From contig CAZHYL010000004.1 in assembly GCA_964536745.1 (NCBI GenBank), positions 16,545 to 80,544 on the forward strand: DNA of 64,000 nucleotides, given 5' to 3'. The stretch is from an uncultured Candidatus Saccharibacteria bacterium. Lineage in GTDB: Bacteria; Patescibacteriota; Doudnabacteria; UBA920. This document shows positions 27,693 to 37,927 of the stretch, piece by piece; positions within the stretch are counted from its first letter, which is position 1; every line of letters starts with the position of its first letter. The translations under genes and the position numbers were made by a program. The notes beneath the pieces are model-generated. The model saw nothing but the letters and a program-made list of their open reading frames with translations, had not been told where the DNA came from and did no database searches.

Positions 27693-28787
27693 ATGAAAAT
27701 AATAAGTACGCAAGAAAACTTAAAAAATGGATTAGCGATAGTTGGAAAGATTGTAGGTAATAGTTCAACTTTACCAATCCTAAATAATATTCTTTTAGAA
27801 ACAGAAAATGGTTTATTAAAATTATCTGGGACTAATTTAGAAACCGGTATTAGTACTTACATCCGTTGCCAGATAGAAAAAGAAGGGGGGGTGTGTATTG
27901 GGGTAAAAACCCTTTCTGATTTGATTAATAGTTTACCTTCAGAAAATATTACTATTGAGTCGAAAGATTCAGAAACAGAAATTACCACAGATCACACAAA
28001 TGTAAAAATCAAACATTTATCTCCGGAAGACTTTCCTTTAATTCCAAAAATTGATGATAGTAGCAAGGTAAAAATTTTAGCGTCAGATTTAAAGTTGGCA
28101 TTAGATCAAACATTATTTGCAGCAAGTAGTAGTGAAACACAACCAGAGATCTCGGGTATACTCTTATGGTTTGGAGGGGAAAACATTCTAATCACTGCAA
28201 CAGATCGGTATCGTTTAGCAGAAAAATCTATAAGTTATTCTGGGAGTGTGGATTTTAAAATAATACTTCCCCATAGGAGTGCCCAAGAAATATCTAGATT
28301 ATTAACAGGTTTGTCTGAAGAAATTGAATTAAGTATAACTACTACACAATTAGCATTTAATCTAAATAATACCTATATTGTTTCCAGACTGATTGATGGT
28401 AATTATCCAGACTATCAACAAATCATTCCAGATGTAACTAATACAACAGTTATTCTAGATAAACAGGATTTACTATCAGCCTTAAAAACTAGTAGTGTGT
28501 TCTCTAAGGGTTCTGGTAGTATTACTGTAGAATATGACAACGAAAAGAATACCCTAAAATTAAGTTCGGTTTCTCATGATTTAGGGGAAAGTCATATCGA
28601 GTTAGTGTGTAAGATATCAGGTGAATCAGGTAACTTAATTATTAATTATAGGTATCTTGTAGATTATTTAAATAACCTTGATAGTGACACCTTAGTAATG
28701 AAAATAGTTGATGATAACGGTCCAATAACATTTGTACCAGAAAATCAAAATAAATATTTATATCTAGTAATGCCAATTAAACAGTAA
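27693..28787 (+). CDS. dnaN: DNA polymerase III beta sliding clamp
   Basis: Position after dnaA; three-domain clamp length of 364 aa; N-terminus MKIISTQENLKNGL.. Confidence 0.85.
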   Translation: MKIISTQENLKNGLAIVGKIVGNSSTLPILNNILLETENGLLKLSGTNLETGISTYIRCQIEKEGGVCIGVKTLSDLINSLPSENITIESKDSETEITTDHTNVKIKHLSPEDFPLIPKIDDSSKVKILASDLKLALDQTLFAASSSETQPEISGILLWFGGENILITATDRYRLAEKSISYSGSVDFKIILPHRSAQEISRLLTGLSEEIELSITTTQLAFNLNNTYIVSRLIDGNYPDYQQIIPDVTNTTVILDKQDLLSALKTSSVFSKGSGSITVEYDNEKNTLKLSSVSHDLGESHIELVCKISGESGNLIINYRYLVDYLNNLDSDTLVMKIVDDNGPITFVPENQNKYLYLVMPIKQ

Positions 28788-28792
28788 TTTCT

Positions 28793-29884
28793 ATGCAGAT
28801 AAAACAAATACAACTTAAGAACTTTAGAAACTATCCAGATTTAGAATTAGGTATTACAAGCGAGATGGTAGTCTTATCCGGGCCAAATGCTGTTGGAAAA
28901 ACTAATTTACTAGAATCTATTTACTTTGGTTCACTTTTTAAATCTTTTAGAGATGATGCCGACTTTATTTTTCTTAAGAGCACTAATGATTCTCAAATCA
29001 AAATAGAATTTGAAGCAAATGGCGAAACTAACTTATTAGAAATTTTTCTAGAAAAAAGGGATCGTATTTTCGCAAACTTTAAAATTAACGGAGTTAAGAA
29101 AAAAAGAAAAGAAGCTCAGGGATTTCTTAAAGTTGTTATCTTTGAACCAAGCGATGTTGAATTATTTACAAAGTCACCAGAATCTAGAAGAAAATATTTT
29201 AATATGGTCTTGGCACAAAAACATAAAGAGTACCTAGACTTGTTAAATAATTATAAAAAGGTAATGACCCAAAAGAATAAGTTTCTTTTAGAGTTAAAAC
29301 AAGGCCAAGGTAACCCTGAAGAGCTGAGTACTTGGAATGAGCAATTAGCAAACTATGGATCAAAAATAATCTTTTACCGTAAGCAATATGTAAATTTCTT
29401 AAACCAGAATTTATCGGAAGTTTATACTAATATTTCCAAGTTCCATAGGACTGTAGAATTAATATACGAGACTTTAGATGGCGACACAGAAGAGGATATA
29501 AACCTTAATTTCCATAACGAGCTAGACAAGGTTAAGAATAGGGAATTAGCTTCTGCTATGAGCCTTGTAGGGCCTCATAGAGATGATTTCTTTCTCCAAA
29601 GCGAAGGTCTATTCTTAGTTTCATTCTCTTCCCGTGGCGAGCAAAGAAGTCAGATTTTAGCCATGAAAATACTAGAGTTAGAATATCTCACTAAGGATGG
29701 TGATTCCCCAATATTACTACTTGATGATGTGCTTAGTGAATTAGATGATACTCGTCGCACTTTCTTATTAAAGTATTTACAAGGTAAGTTCCAGACATTT
29801 ATTACTACAACACATCCACTGGAAATGGTAGGTCAACATGTTACTCTAAGCCCAGCCTCTACTGAAGTTGAACAAGAAGTATAA
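28793..29884 (+). CDS. recF: DNA replication and repair protein RecF
   Basis: Walker A LSGPNAVGKTNLLESI; ABC signature and D-loop near the C-terminus (LLLDDVLSELD). Confidence 0.85.
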   Translation: MQIKQIQLKNFRNYPDLELGITSEMVVLSGPNAVGKTNLLESIYFGSLFKSFRDDADFIFLKSTNDSQIKIEFEANGETNLLEIFLEKRDRIFANFKINGVKKKRKEAQGFLKVVIFEPSDVELFTKSPESRRKYFNMVLAQKHKEYLDLLNNYKKVMTQKNKFLLELKQGQGNPEELSTWNEQLANYGSKIIFYRKQYVNFLNQNLSEVYTNISKFHRTVELIYETLDGDTEEDINLNFHNELDKVKNRELASAMSLVGPHRDDFFLQSEGLFLVSFSSRGEQRSQILAMKILELEYLTKDGDSPILLLDDVLSELDDTRRTFLLKYLQGKFQTFITTTHPLEMVGQHVTLSPASTEVEQEV

Positions 29885-29889
29885 TTAAA

Positions 29890-29915
29890 AAGCGCTGTAA
29901 TGGCGCTTTTTATAA
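29890..29915. terminator. Bidirectional terminator (AAAGCGC-tgtaatg-GCGCTTTTT)
   Basis: Read from sequence. Confidence 0.6.
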
Positions 29916-30995
29916 ATACTTTTTAAAAGTTTTATCTTCTTTTAACTTTTTTATAATTTCCTTTAATTCTATACTTTTATCTTTATCTGATATTAGAACC
30001 GCATCTGGTGTTACAATAATAACTAAATCTTTTGTATGTAGTGTTGTTACTAATTGTTTTGGGTTGAAGTTATAAATTAATGAGTTTGAGGTCTCGTGTC
30101 CTAAATGTAAACCCCTTGAAAAGTTTTCTTTTTGCTTTGATTGAACATCTTTAATTTCTTTCCAACTACCAATATCTATCCAATCGAAACCAGCTTCAAT
30201 GGTTGTAATATCGTTTTTTATTTTTTCGATAATACCATTTTCAATTTCAACCTTAGGCATTAAGGGGTAAAATTTGTTTATAGCCCATTGTTGCTTCTTG
30301 GTTCCTATATAAGGTTCCATTTTATTTAGTAGCTCGTAGACCTCTGGTAAATGTTTTTTATACAAGTCTAATAAAGTTTTCGTTTTCCAAATAAAGTAGC
30401 CACTGTTCCATAAGTATTTACCAGACTTCAAAAATTTTTCTGCTGTTTTTAAATCCGGCTTCTCTTTAAATGAGTTAACTTTAAATAACGGTAAACCTAA
30501 CTTGTTAGGAATTTTAGATTGCTTCTTAATATAACCAAATCCAGTATGTGGGTGAGTTGGTTTGACGCCAATAGTTAGTACTTTATTAGGGTTGTTATTT
30601 AAATATTTTTCAGCAGATTGAAGTAGTTTTTTGAAGTAATTTCTTGGTTCTTTAATGTGATGGTCGCTCCACATTGTCATAAAGGTTGACTCTGGATCAT
30701 CATGATGCATGATTAATGCAGCAAGGGCTATAGCTGGTCCGCGATCTCTTAAAACTGGTTCCAATGAGTATTTAGAGATTGGTATTTCAGGTAGTTGTTT
30801 TTTTATGACATTTTTATAATCATTTAAAGTAGCGATAAAAATACGATCCTGTTTTACCCAGGATCGGCAACGTTCATATGTGTTCTCTAATAGAGTCTTA
30901 TCTCCAACCAGTTTTAAGATTTGTTTAGGAGTAGATTTTCTACTAATTGGCCAGAGTCTTGTTCCACTACCTCCAGCAAAAATTAAAATATTCAT
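29910..30995 (-). CDS. Mannose-1-phosphate guanylyltransferase-like nucleotidyltransferase
   Basis: MNILIFAGGSGTRLWPISRKSTPKQ is the sugar-nucleotidyltransferase G-loop. Confidence 0.65.
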   Translation of the reverse strand: MNILIFAGGSGTRLWPISRKSTPKQILKLVGDKTLLENTYERCRSWVKQDRIFIATLNDYKNVIKKQLPEIPISKYSLEPVLRDRGPAIALAALIMHHDDPESTFMTMWSDHHIKEPRNYFKKLLQSAEKYLNNNPNKVLTIGVKPTHPHTGFGYIKKQSKIPNKLGLPLFKVNSFKEKPDLKTAEKFLKSGKYLWNSGYFIWKTKTLLDLYKKHLPEVYELLNKMEPYIGTKKQQWAINKFYPLMPKVEIENGIIEKIKNDITTIEAGFDWIDIGSWKEIKDVQSKQKENFSRGLHLGHETSNSLIYNFNPKQLVTTLHTKDLVIIVTPDAVLISDKDKSIELKEIIKKLKEDKTFKKYL

Positions 30996-31000
30996 GTTTG

Positions 31001-31549
31001 TTAAGGTTTAGGCTGTTCTTTCCCTTGAGTATTACTATGCTGTTCATATAATTGCAAAATTAAACTAGCGATTTTCCCAGGGTTTGGAACATTGGTAAAC
31101 TCAAATCGTTGAGCAGCTCCAGCGGTTTGGATATACACAGTACCATAATCTAGAATATTGCCGAATACCCCAGTATTTTGACTTGTAACATCTTCTATGG
31201 TTTCAATATTTAATTCTGAAACCTCACGGAATAATAATCCCACCTGATCTATATCCACAATTCTTTGATCGCTAACAATATGAACATTTAGATAATAAAG
31301 CACCCAAATTACGAACAAGGCAATTAATAATCCTAAGTAATACAGTTGAACTCCAACAATAGAGATATTGGTTATTAAATCTGAATCAAACTGAACATTT
31401 AATGCAGCTATTATAATTCGTATAACAATCGGCGCAATCATTAAAATAAAAATGATAGAAAACTTTAATGCTAATAGGAACCAATGTTCTCTTACCACAA
31501 GCATTATTTTTTCGTTTGGTTGTTGGCTAGGAAATAATTTATGCGACAT
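31001..31549 (-). CDS. Membrane protein with a bacterial PH (YdbS-like) domain
   Basis: Two TM helices followed by V.D.R.V..D...L.....E..I..IE.V...Q.GV.GNILDYGTVYIQTAG. Confidence 0.45.
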   Translation of the reverse strand: MSHKLFPSQQPNEKIMLVVREHWFLLALKFSIIFILMIAPIVIRIIIAALNVQFDSDLITNISIVGVQLYYLGLLIALFVIWVLYYLNVHIVSDQRIVDIDQVGLLFREVSELNIETIEDVTSQNTGVFGNILDYGTVYIQTAGAAQRFEFTNVPNPGKIASLILQLYEQHSNTQGKEQPKP

Positions 31550-31756
31550 TTAGAAAACCACCTGAAGCGTTGTAAACGCAGATAATGATAATAAAATAAA
31601 CAAACCTACAAACACGACGCTGGAGAACAAAGTAATTGATTTACTCCTACCATATTTATTAAGTATAAAAATACTTAACAAGGCAATAATCCCAAAAATG
31701 ATTATTATGATAAAAAATCCTATATTAAGAATGTTTATGATTATATCTTGGTTCAT
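31550..31756 (-). CDS. Small two-TM membrane protein, hypothetical
   Basis: Very hydrophobic 68-aa product; its stop overlaps the ruvB region. Confidence 0.35.
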   Translation of the reverse strand: MNQDIIINILNIGFFIIIIIFGIIALLSIFILNKYGRSKSITLFSSVVFVGLFILLSLSAFTTLQVVF

Positions 31757-32802
31757 AGATTAAGTTTTGGTTGTTGTGATGTTAATTTATCTGGCACCTC
31801 ATAGTCTAACAGTTCATAGGCTATCTTAGTTGCTTCTCTACCTTTTGGTGTTCTGTTTAAGAAACCAGACCTTATTAAAAATGGTTCATGAACGTCTGCT
31901 ATAGTATCTACCTCTTCTCCAGTAGCTGCGGCAATAGAACTAATTCCGACAGGACCACCACCAAACTGATTGATTATAATCTCAAGAATTTTTCTATCAT
32001 GCTTATCCAAACCATGCTCGTCTATCTCTAACATATCTAAACTTTGCTTTGCATGCTCTACTTCTATTTTATCATTTCCAGAAACCTGGGTGAAATCACG
32101 AACTCTTTTCAGGAGCCTGTTCGCAATTCTAGGAGTAAAACGACTTCTTTTTGCAATCAGTTTCACTGCCTCTGGGGCAATAGGAGTTTTTAAAATATCA
32201 GCCGATCTTGAGATGATTTTAGCTAAGTCTTCATCGGAATAGTAGTCTAAGTGATAAACAATTCCAAATCGATCGCGCATAGGAGCAGAGATTAACCCAA
32301 TTCTGGTTGTTGCTCCAATCAAGGTAAAACGGGGGAGTTCCATTCTAACACTTCTTGCTCCAGGTCCTTTTCCAATCATAATATCTAATACTCCATCTTC
32401 CATAGCAGGGTAAAGAACTTCCTCGATTACTTTATTTAACCTATGAATTTCATCGATAAATAATACATCGCCAGCGCTTAGGTTGGTTAATAAGGAAGCT
32501 AAGTCCCCAGCTCTTTCTATTGCTGGGCCAGAAGTAGTTTTTATATTACTTCCAAGTTCTTTAGAGATAATATGTGCAAGAGTGGTTTTCCCCAAGCCTG
32601 GTGGTCCATACAGTAGAAGGTGATCTAAAGGCTCATCTCTTAGTTTTGTCGCCTTTATAACAATTTCTAAATTATTTTTTAAGGTCTGCTGACCGACAAA
32701 TTGTTCAAGAATACTTGGCCGTAAGCTTACCTCAAAAGAACCTTCTTCAATAGAAGGTTCGGTTGGGTCAAGAATGGTTTCTGTATCACTGTTAGTAATC
32801 AT
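31753..32802 (-). CDS. ruvB: Holliday junction branch-migration ATPase RuvB
   Basis: LRP..L..F.GQ; [18 protein letters not shown]; sensor motifs; 349 aa. Confidence 0.92.
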   Translation of the reverse strand: MITNSDTETILDPTEPSIEEGSFEVSLRPSILEQFVGQQTLKNNLEIVIKATKLRDEPLDHLLLYGPPGLGKTTLAHIISKELGSNIKTTSGPAIERAGDLASLLTNLSAGDVLFIDEIHRLNKVIEEVLYPAMEDGVLDIMIGKGPGARSVRMELPRFTLIGATTRIGLISAPMRDRFGIVYHLDYYSDEDLAKIISRSADILKTPIAPEAVKLIAKRSRFTPRIANRLLKRVRDFTQVSGNDKIEVEHAKQSLDMLEIDEHGLDKHDRKILEIIINQFGGGPVGISSIAAATGEEVDTIADVHEPFLIRSGFLNRTPKGREATKIAYELLDYEVPDKLTSQQPKLNL

Positions 32803-34098
32803 TTAGTTGTTAGTATTAGAACTCGGCTTTTCTTCTGTAGGTGTGGTTGGTTTATTTGGATCTTCAGTAGTTGCTGGGGTTGTTGGTTGATTAGACTCGC
32901 CACTTACAAATTCTTCTTCTTTATGGAATAGCGCTGGTGGTTGATAAACAGAAGAAAATGTTTGAGTATCCTTATTCCCATCTTTTATTACAGTTCTTGT
33001 CCAAGAAGCTTTCATTGAACCATCAGATTTTCTATCAAAGACAGATGGTTGATTAAGTTTTACTTCTCTTCCGTCATAAGTTCCGTAAAAATCAAATACT
33101 AAATAATCATTATCTTTGAAGTACGGCCAGATCAAGATACTATGACCGGTGTCATTTTTGAATTTTAAATCTATAACGCCAGGGTAGATGGTTGCATCAG
33201 TACCTTGAGGTGAATAGTATTGAACCGCATATGAATGATTTCTCCTTTGAGTGATTGGTAAACCTGCATGCATGGCAGCTCTAAATGTAGTAGACGAAAC
33301 TTGGCAAAGCCCACCTCCTAATTCTGGAACAGTTCCTGATTTTTTAATTACCAACTCTGGCTTAAACCCTTGGTCGGCTTCAACTGGGCCAAGATATTTA
33401 TTGAAACTAAATTCCTCATCTGGTTTTACAATTACACCTTGAATCTTACTAACCCCGACTTTAATGTTATGTCTTCTATTCGCTGGACTGCCAGAAAACT
33501 TTGATTCACCTCTGCCAATGAGTTCTATGATTCCTAAATCATTAGTTTCCTTAAGCAGCTTTGAAGGTTGAGTGGTCTTTACAGATAAATCCACTTCTTT
33601 ATTACCAAGCTCAATACTTCTTAAAATTTGAAGTGTACTGTTATAGCGATCTAATTGTTTACCAATTGTTGGCGGAGTAAATTTAGTAGCTCTGCCATCT
33701 TTAATTACTAGCTCAGGTTCTTGAGTTTCACTGTTTACATTATCTGCGATAGTTTTAGTCCAAGCGTAAACTTCGCTAGGGTTGTACTTAAATGTTCTGG
33801 TCTGATTTTTTGGTTTATAATTTTTTACATAAGTACTTTTTACAAGTTCTTGTAATTCAAAAGATGGATATTTAGTTAGTTCAGAAACGGGGAGTGTGGA
33901 TTTCCCTGACCACTCTTTTAACTGCGCGTCGTTAATTTTTACAGTAGAAATTTCGTTAGTTGTGGTTACAGAGTCGTAAGTTGGAACTGGGAGCTGGTCC
34001 ATCACAGCCCCTTTTACAACTTGAGGTATTAAAGCTAATCCTCCTGCGGTTGCCGCAGTGAGTAATCCGTATTTAATTTTTTGATAGTTTATTATCAT
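32803..34098 (-). CDS. VanW-domain secreted protein
   Basis: GGGLCQVSSTTFRAAMHAGLPITQRRNHS matches the VanW core. N-terminal signal/anchor; C-terminal Pro/Thr-rich tail. Confidence 0.7.
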   Translation of the reverse strand: MIINYQKIKYGLLTAATAGGLALIPQVVKGAVMDQLPVPTYDSVTTTNEISTVKINDAQLKEWSGKSTLPVSELTKYPSFELQELVKSTYVKNYKPKNQTRTFKYNPSEVYAWTKTIADNVNSETQEPELVIKDGRATKFTPPTIGKQLDRYNSTLQILRSIELGNKEVDLSVKTTQPSKLLKETNDLGIIELIGRGESKFSGSPANRRHNIKVGVSKIQGVIVKPDEEFSFNKYLGPVEADQGFKPELVIKKSGTVPELGGGLCQVSSTTFRAAMHAGLPITQRRNHSYAVQYYSPQGTDATIYPGVIDLKFKNDTGHSILIWPYFKDNDYLVFDFYGTYDGREVKLNQPSVFDRKSDGSMKASWTRTVIKDGNKDTQTFSSVYQPPALFHKEEEFVSGESNQPTTPATTEDPNKPTTPTEEKPSSNTNN

Positions 34099-34489
34099 CT
34101 CTTGTAAACAAAATTTTTATAGTGTTCTTTGGAAGTTGTGAGGAAATTTTATCAGCCCACTCTATGACTGTAATTACTTCTGGTCTACCCCAAACTTCTG
34201 TTAATCCAATATCTTTAATCTCTGAAAAGTTTTTTGTACGATATAGATCCAAATGATAAAGCCAGATTGGTTTAGAATCACTACCCTTAAGCTTAGTTTT
34301 ATAGTGCTGCATTAGCACAAAAGTAGGGCTAGTGATGAGCTCTCTTACCCCAAGTTGTTCCCCAAGAGCTTTTGTAAAAGTAGTTTTACCGCTTCCTAGA
34401 TCTCCTGAGAGTGCTAGAATTTCTCCACCCTTCAAAGTACCTGCTATTTTTCGTGCTTGTTTTACTGCTTGTGAAAGCTTGATATTCAT
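34073..34489 (-). CDS. tsaE: tRNA t6A37 biosynthesis protein TsaE
   Basis: P-loop LSGDLGSGKTTFTKAL; 138 aa; W..H.DLYR region. Confidence 0.8.
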   Translation of the reverse strand: MNIKLSQAVKQARKIAGTLKGGEILALSGDLGSGKTTFTKALGEQLGVRELITSPTFVLMQHYKTKLKGSDSKPIWLYHLDLYRTKNFSEIKDIGLTEVWGRPEVITVIEWADKISSQLPKNTIKILFTRDDNKLSKN

Positions 34490-34573
34490 ATTTTAAAGCT
34501 CTATATATAGTATATTTTAGCTGTATTGACCAAAATAGTAAACTTAGGATATAGTAAATAACTATTCATATTT

Positions 34574-35722
34574 ATGGACCAAGAAATTCGAGAAAAATTA
34601 GATAAAATTATTCAATCAGCGAAAAACATTGCTATTGTTTTACCTGATTATGTTTCAGTTGACCATTTTTGTGCTGGGGTCGCATTACAGGCTAAATTTA
34701 ATAAGGATGGTAAGCAAGCCCTGATATTCACTTCATCTAAGAGCCTCCCTAAGCTTCCGTTTTTTGGTTCTGTACCACAAACTTATAGTGATTTTGGAAG
34801 CAATAATGAGTTGGTTGTTAAGGTAGATGGTGACTTGGTCAAACCAACACAAATTAGGTATGAGAAATCTGGAAATGATTTATTAGTTTATATTGGTTCT
34901 GGGGAAGGAGTCTTGCAACCATCTCAAGTACAGGTTTTGCCACAATTCACAAATATAGATTTATTTGTCATTATCGGCGCGGCTTCTTTAGATAGTTTGG
35001 GATCAATTTATTTTGATAATACGGAGAAGTTTTTTCAAACACCGAAAATTTGCATTAATAATAGTATAGATCAAGAGTATTTTGCTAATCTAACTTGGGT
35101 TGAATTAGAGACTACTAGTATTTGTGAGCAACTTGCTAGATGGTTTGGGGGTACAGTTATCTCACAAAAAGATGACCTGATTAATACAAGTTTATTGGCT
35201 GGAATTATTGCACAGACTGGGAGTTTTAAAGATCCAAAAACTACACCAGAGAGTTTACTCGTTGCAGCCAACTTAGTTAGTAATAATGCAAGACAGCAAG
35301 AAATAATTCAACATTTTTACAAAACAAAGCCTTTTAATATTCTTCAGCTTTGGGGAAGAGCGCTGGCAAGAATCAAAACAATCAATAATGAAATTTTGTA
35401 TACAGTTATTACCAAACAAGATTTCGAAAAAACCCAATCGAGCATAGAATCTGTTAAGGAAGTTTTAAAAGAAATTATTTCGATGACAACAGCTTACCAC
35501 CTTATTAGTGTGGTAGCGGAAACTGGTTCAGGTATAGAATTATTTATTTCTGCGCAACCACACATTAAATTGTCTAGGATCGCTAAGTTATTTGACCAGA
35601 ATTTTGAGGGAAAACCAAACGTGTTGGTATCTAATTACTATTACGTTAATTTAAAACTAGAAAATCACGACACAGCTTGGGCCGAAAGAATTATTTCTGA
35701 GCTAAGGCTAACTGGTATATAA
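34574..35722 (+). CDS. Hypothetical protein, possibly a degenerate DHH-family phosphoesterase (NrnA paralogue)
   Basis: The N-terminus NIAIVLPDYVSVDHFCAGVALQ parallels NrnA motif I, but the DHH triad is not conserved (NNSIDQ). Confidence 0.3.
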   Translation: MDQEIREKLDKIIQSAKNIAIVLPDYVSVDHFCAGVALQAKFNKDGKQALIFTSSKSLPKLPFFGSVPQTYSDFGSNNELVVKVDGDLVKPTQIRYEKSGNDLLVYIGSGEGVLQPSQVQVLPQFTNIDLFVIIGAASLDSLGSIYFDNTEKFFQTPKICINNSIDQEYFANLTWVELETTSICEQLARWFGGTVISQKDDLINTSLLAGIIAQTGSFKDPKTTPESLLVAANLVSNNARQQEIIQHFYKTKPFNILQLWGRALARIKTINNEILYTVITKQDFEKTQSSIESVKEVLKEIISMTTAYHLISVVAETGSGIELFISAQPHIKLSRIAKLFDQNFEGKPNVLVSNYYYVNLKLENHDTAWAERIISELRLTGI

Positions 35723-35760
35723 TAAGATAGAGATTATAAAAGCCGAAAGAAAAACAAAAA

Positions 35761-37392
35761 ATGTCGTCGTTCTTATCGAACAACCCAGCAGAACTTAACC
35801 AAGCTTTAACCGACCAGAAGCGTCAGATGGAAGAAACCCAAAGCAAGCGAAAAGCGGATGTTTATCATTTGCCATATTTAAACATGCAAAGTTTTCCTTT
35901 GGACTTAAACTCATTGGCTCTTATTACAAGAGAGCAAGCTGAACAAGCTCAAGGGTTACCGTTTTTTAAAGAAGGTAAAAACTTAAAGGTTGCTACAACT
36001 AACCCTCAGAATCAGCTGTTTAAAGAGATAGTTAAAGAGCTATCACAAAAGTTTGTAATCACCACATACTTTGTTTCTAACTCAAGCTTTCTTCACACCT
36101 TAGATTTTTACGACAAGGTTGTTACCCCGACCTCAAAGTTCCAAGAAATAATTACTGTTGTAGAAGGTGTGGACTACACTCCAAAGTTAAAAGAAATTGA
36201 AAAAGACTTTAGTAATACCAGCGAAACATTAGCAGTAATTTTTGGGTCAGCGATTAATCAAAATTCATCAGACATTCATATCGAACCAGAAGACCATTTA
36301 TTGAAGATTCGTTTCAGAGTGGATGGGGTTTTACATGACGCGGTTTTACTTCCCAAGTTAGCACAGAAGTCAATTTTGTCGAGAATTAAGTTAATGGCCA
36401 AGATGAAGTTGAATGTAGAGAATGAAGCACAGGATGGAAGAATCACAATCTTAAATGGGAAGACTGAGTTAGATGTTCGTGTTTCAGTATTACCATCAAG
36501 TTTTGGAGAAGCTGTAGTTATGAGACTCCTTGGTATTGGAACGGTAGATTTGAAAATTGAGCAATTAGGTTTACGTGGGAAGGCATTAGAAGTTATAGAA
36601 ACACAGTTACATAAACCAAACGGAATGATTATCACCACTGGACCTACTGGTAGTGGTAAAACCACAACGCTTTATTCGTTTTTAAAAGAGCTTAATCAAC
36701 CTGGAGTAAAAATTATTACTCTGGAAGACCCAGTTGAATATAAAGTTGAAGGTATTCAGCAAACCCCAATCGATCATAGGGTTGATTTTAGTTTTGCGAA
36801 AGCTTTAAGATCAGTTCTACGTCAGGATCCAGATGTGGTTATGGTTGGTGAAATCCGCGACCCTGAAACTGCAGAGACCGCTCTTCAAGCCGCACTCACG
36901 GGGCATGTAGTTCTTTCAACTCTTCATACTAACGATGCTACTGGTGCTGTCCCAAGATTATTTACTATGGGTGTAAAACCTTTTATTATTGCTCCAGCTG
37001 TGAATGCAATAATCGCACAGCGGTTGGTAAGAAGATTATGTGAATCCTGTATAGAGCCTACAACTTTAGATGAACCAACCTCAGCAAAAGTTGCAGCTAT
37101 TTTAGAATCAATTCCAAAGAATAGCGGCTTAGAAGTTCCACAGTCAAAACAATTTTTCACTAGTAAGGGCTGCGACAAGTGTAAAGGACTTGGTTATAAA
37201 GGACGAATGGGGATATATGAAGTCATAGAAGTTACAGACAAGATGAAAGCTCTTATTCTTAACGAACCTTCTGGTTTAGCAATTAAGCAACTTGCTACCG
37301 AACAAGGCAGTACCACTATGCTACAAGATGGAATAGTAAAAGCCCTAGAAAAGATTACAAACGTAGAAGAAGTTTTTCGTGTGGCCGGTTAG
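35761..37392 (+). CDS. Type II secretion/type IV pilus assembly ATPase (GspE/PilB family)
   Basis: Walker A GPTGSGKTTTLYSF; Asp and His boxes; C-terminal tetracysteine motif CESC...CDKCKGLGYKGR; 543 aa. Confidence 0.85.
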   Translation: MSSFLSNNPAELNQALTDQKRQMEETQSKRKADVYHLPYLNMQSFPLDLNSLALITREQAEQAQGLPFFKEGKNLKVATTNPQNQLFKEIVKELSQKFVITTYFVSNSSFLHTLDFYDKVVTPTSKFQEIITVVEGVDYTPKLKEIEKDFSNTSETLAVIFGSAINQNSSDIHIEPEDHLLKIRFRVDGVLHDAVLLPKLAQKSILSRIKLMAKMKLNVENEAQDGRITILNGKTELDVRVSVLPSSFGEAVVMRLLGIGTVDLKIEQLGLRGKALEVIETQLHKPNGMIITTGPTGSGKTTTLYSFLKELNQPGVKIITLEDPVEYKVEGIQQTPIDHRVDFSFAKALRSVLRQDPDVVMVGEIRDPETAETALQAALTGHVVLSTLHTNDATGAVPRLFTMGVKPFIIAPAVNAIIAQRLVRRLCESCIEPTTLDEPTSAKVAAILESIPKNSGLEVPQSKQFFTSKGCDKCKGLGYKGRMGIYEVIEVTDKMKALILNEPSGLAIKQLATEQGSTTMLQDGIVKALEKITNVEEVFRVAG

Positions 37393-37434
37393 GGTGTATA
37401 ATATTTATAAAGCTAAACAATTAATAAAAAGCTA

Positions 37435-37896
37435 ATGTCAGAAAAAAATAATAGTGGAAATGGGCTAGCGGGCCTATTCTATAAAGACTCTAAATTACAG
37501 CCAGCGGGTTTTGTGGCTGCGATCGCATTGTTCTTGGTTTGCGCTTGGGGGATAAGACAATATGTGAATCTCGACTCAAAAGGGTCTAGTGCGAATTGTT
37601 ATGGTTCGGATTGTCAACCATCAGTAACTATTGGTGGAAGAGTTTCAGGAGCAGGCTATAACAGTGCTATGTCTTACGGAACTCTCTACGTAAAAAATGG
37701 TGACTTGATCGAATTAACATGGATGGGTAATGCAGTGGATCGTTGTGAAGCGATTGGCCGATGGACAAAATTCAAAGGTACATATATGCCGCCAACATTG
37801 TATCCAGGAAAGATCAGTGCTTCTCAAGACTTTTCGGTAAAGTGTCGTAGAGGTAGAACAGAAGTCATGTCAACTTTGAGTGTAGTAGTGCAGTAG
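37435..37896 (+). CDS. Hypothetical small protein with one TM segment
   Basis: Hydrophobic stretch FVAAIALFLVCAWGI; Cys-rich. No canonical prepilin motif. Confidence 0.4.
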   Translation: MSEKNNSGNGLAGLFYKDSKLQPAGFVAAIALFLVCAWGIRQYVNLDSKGSSANCYGSDCQPSVTIGGRVSGAGYNSAMSYGTLYVKNGDLIELTWMGNAVDRCEAIGRWTKFKGTYMPPTLYPGKISASQDFSVKCRRGRTEVMSTLSVVVQ

Positions 37897-37900
37897 TCAA

Positions 37901-37927
37901 AAAACCATCCTGTCTAGGATGGTTTTT
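37901..37927. terminator. Bidirectional terminator (AACCATCC-tgtcta-GGATGGTT plus T6)
   Basis: Read from sequence; overlaps the stop of the minus-strand gene. Confidence 0.6.
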
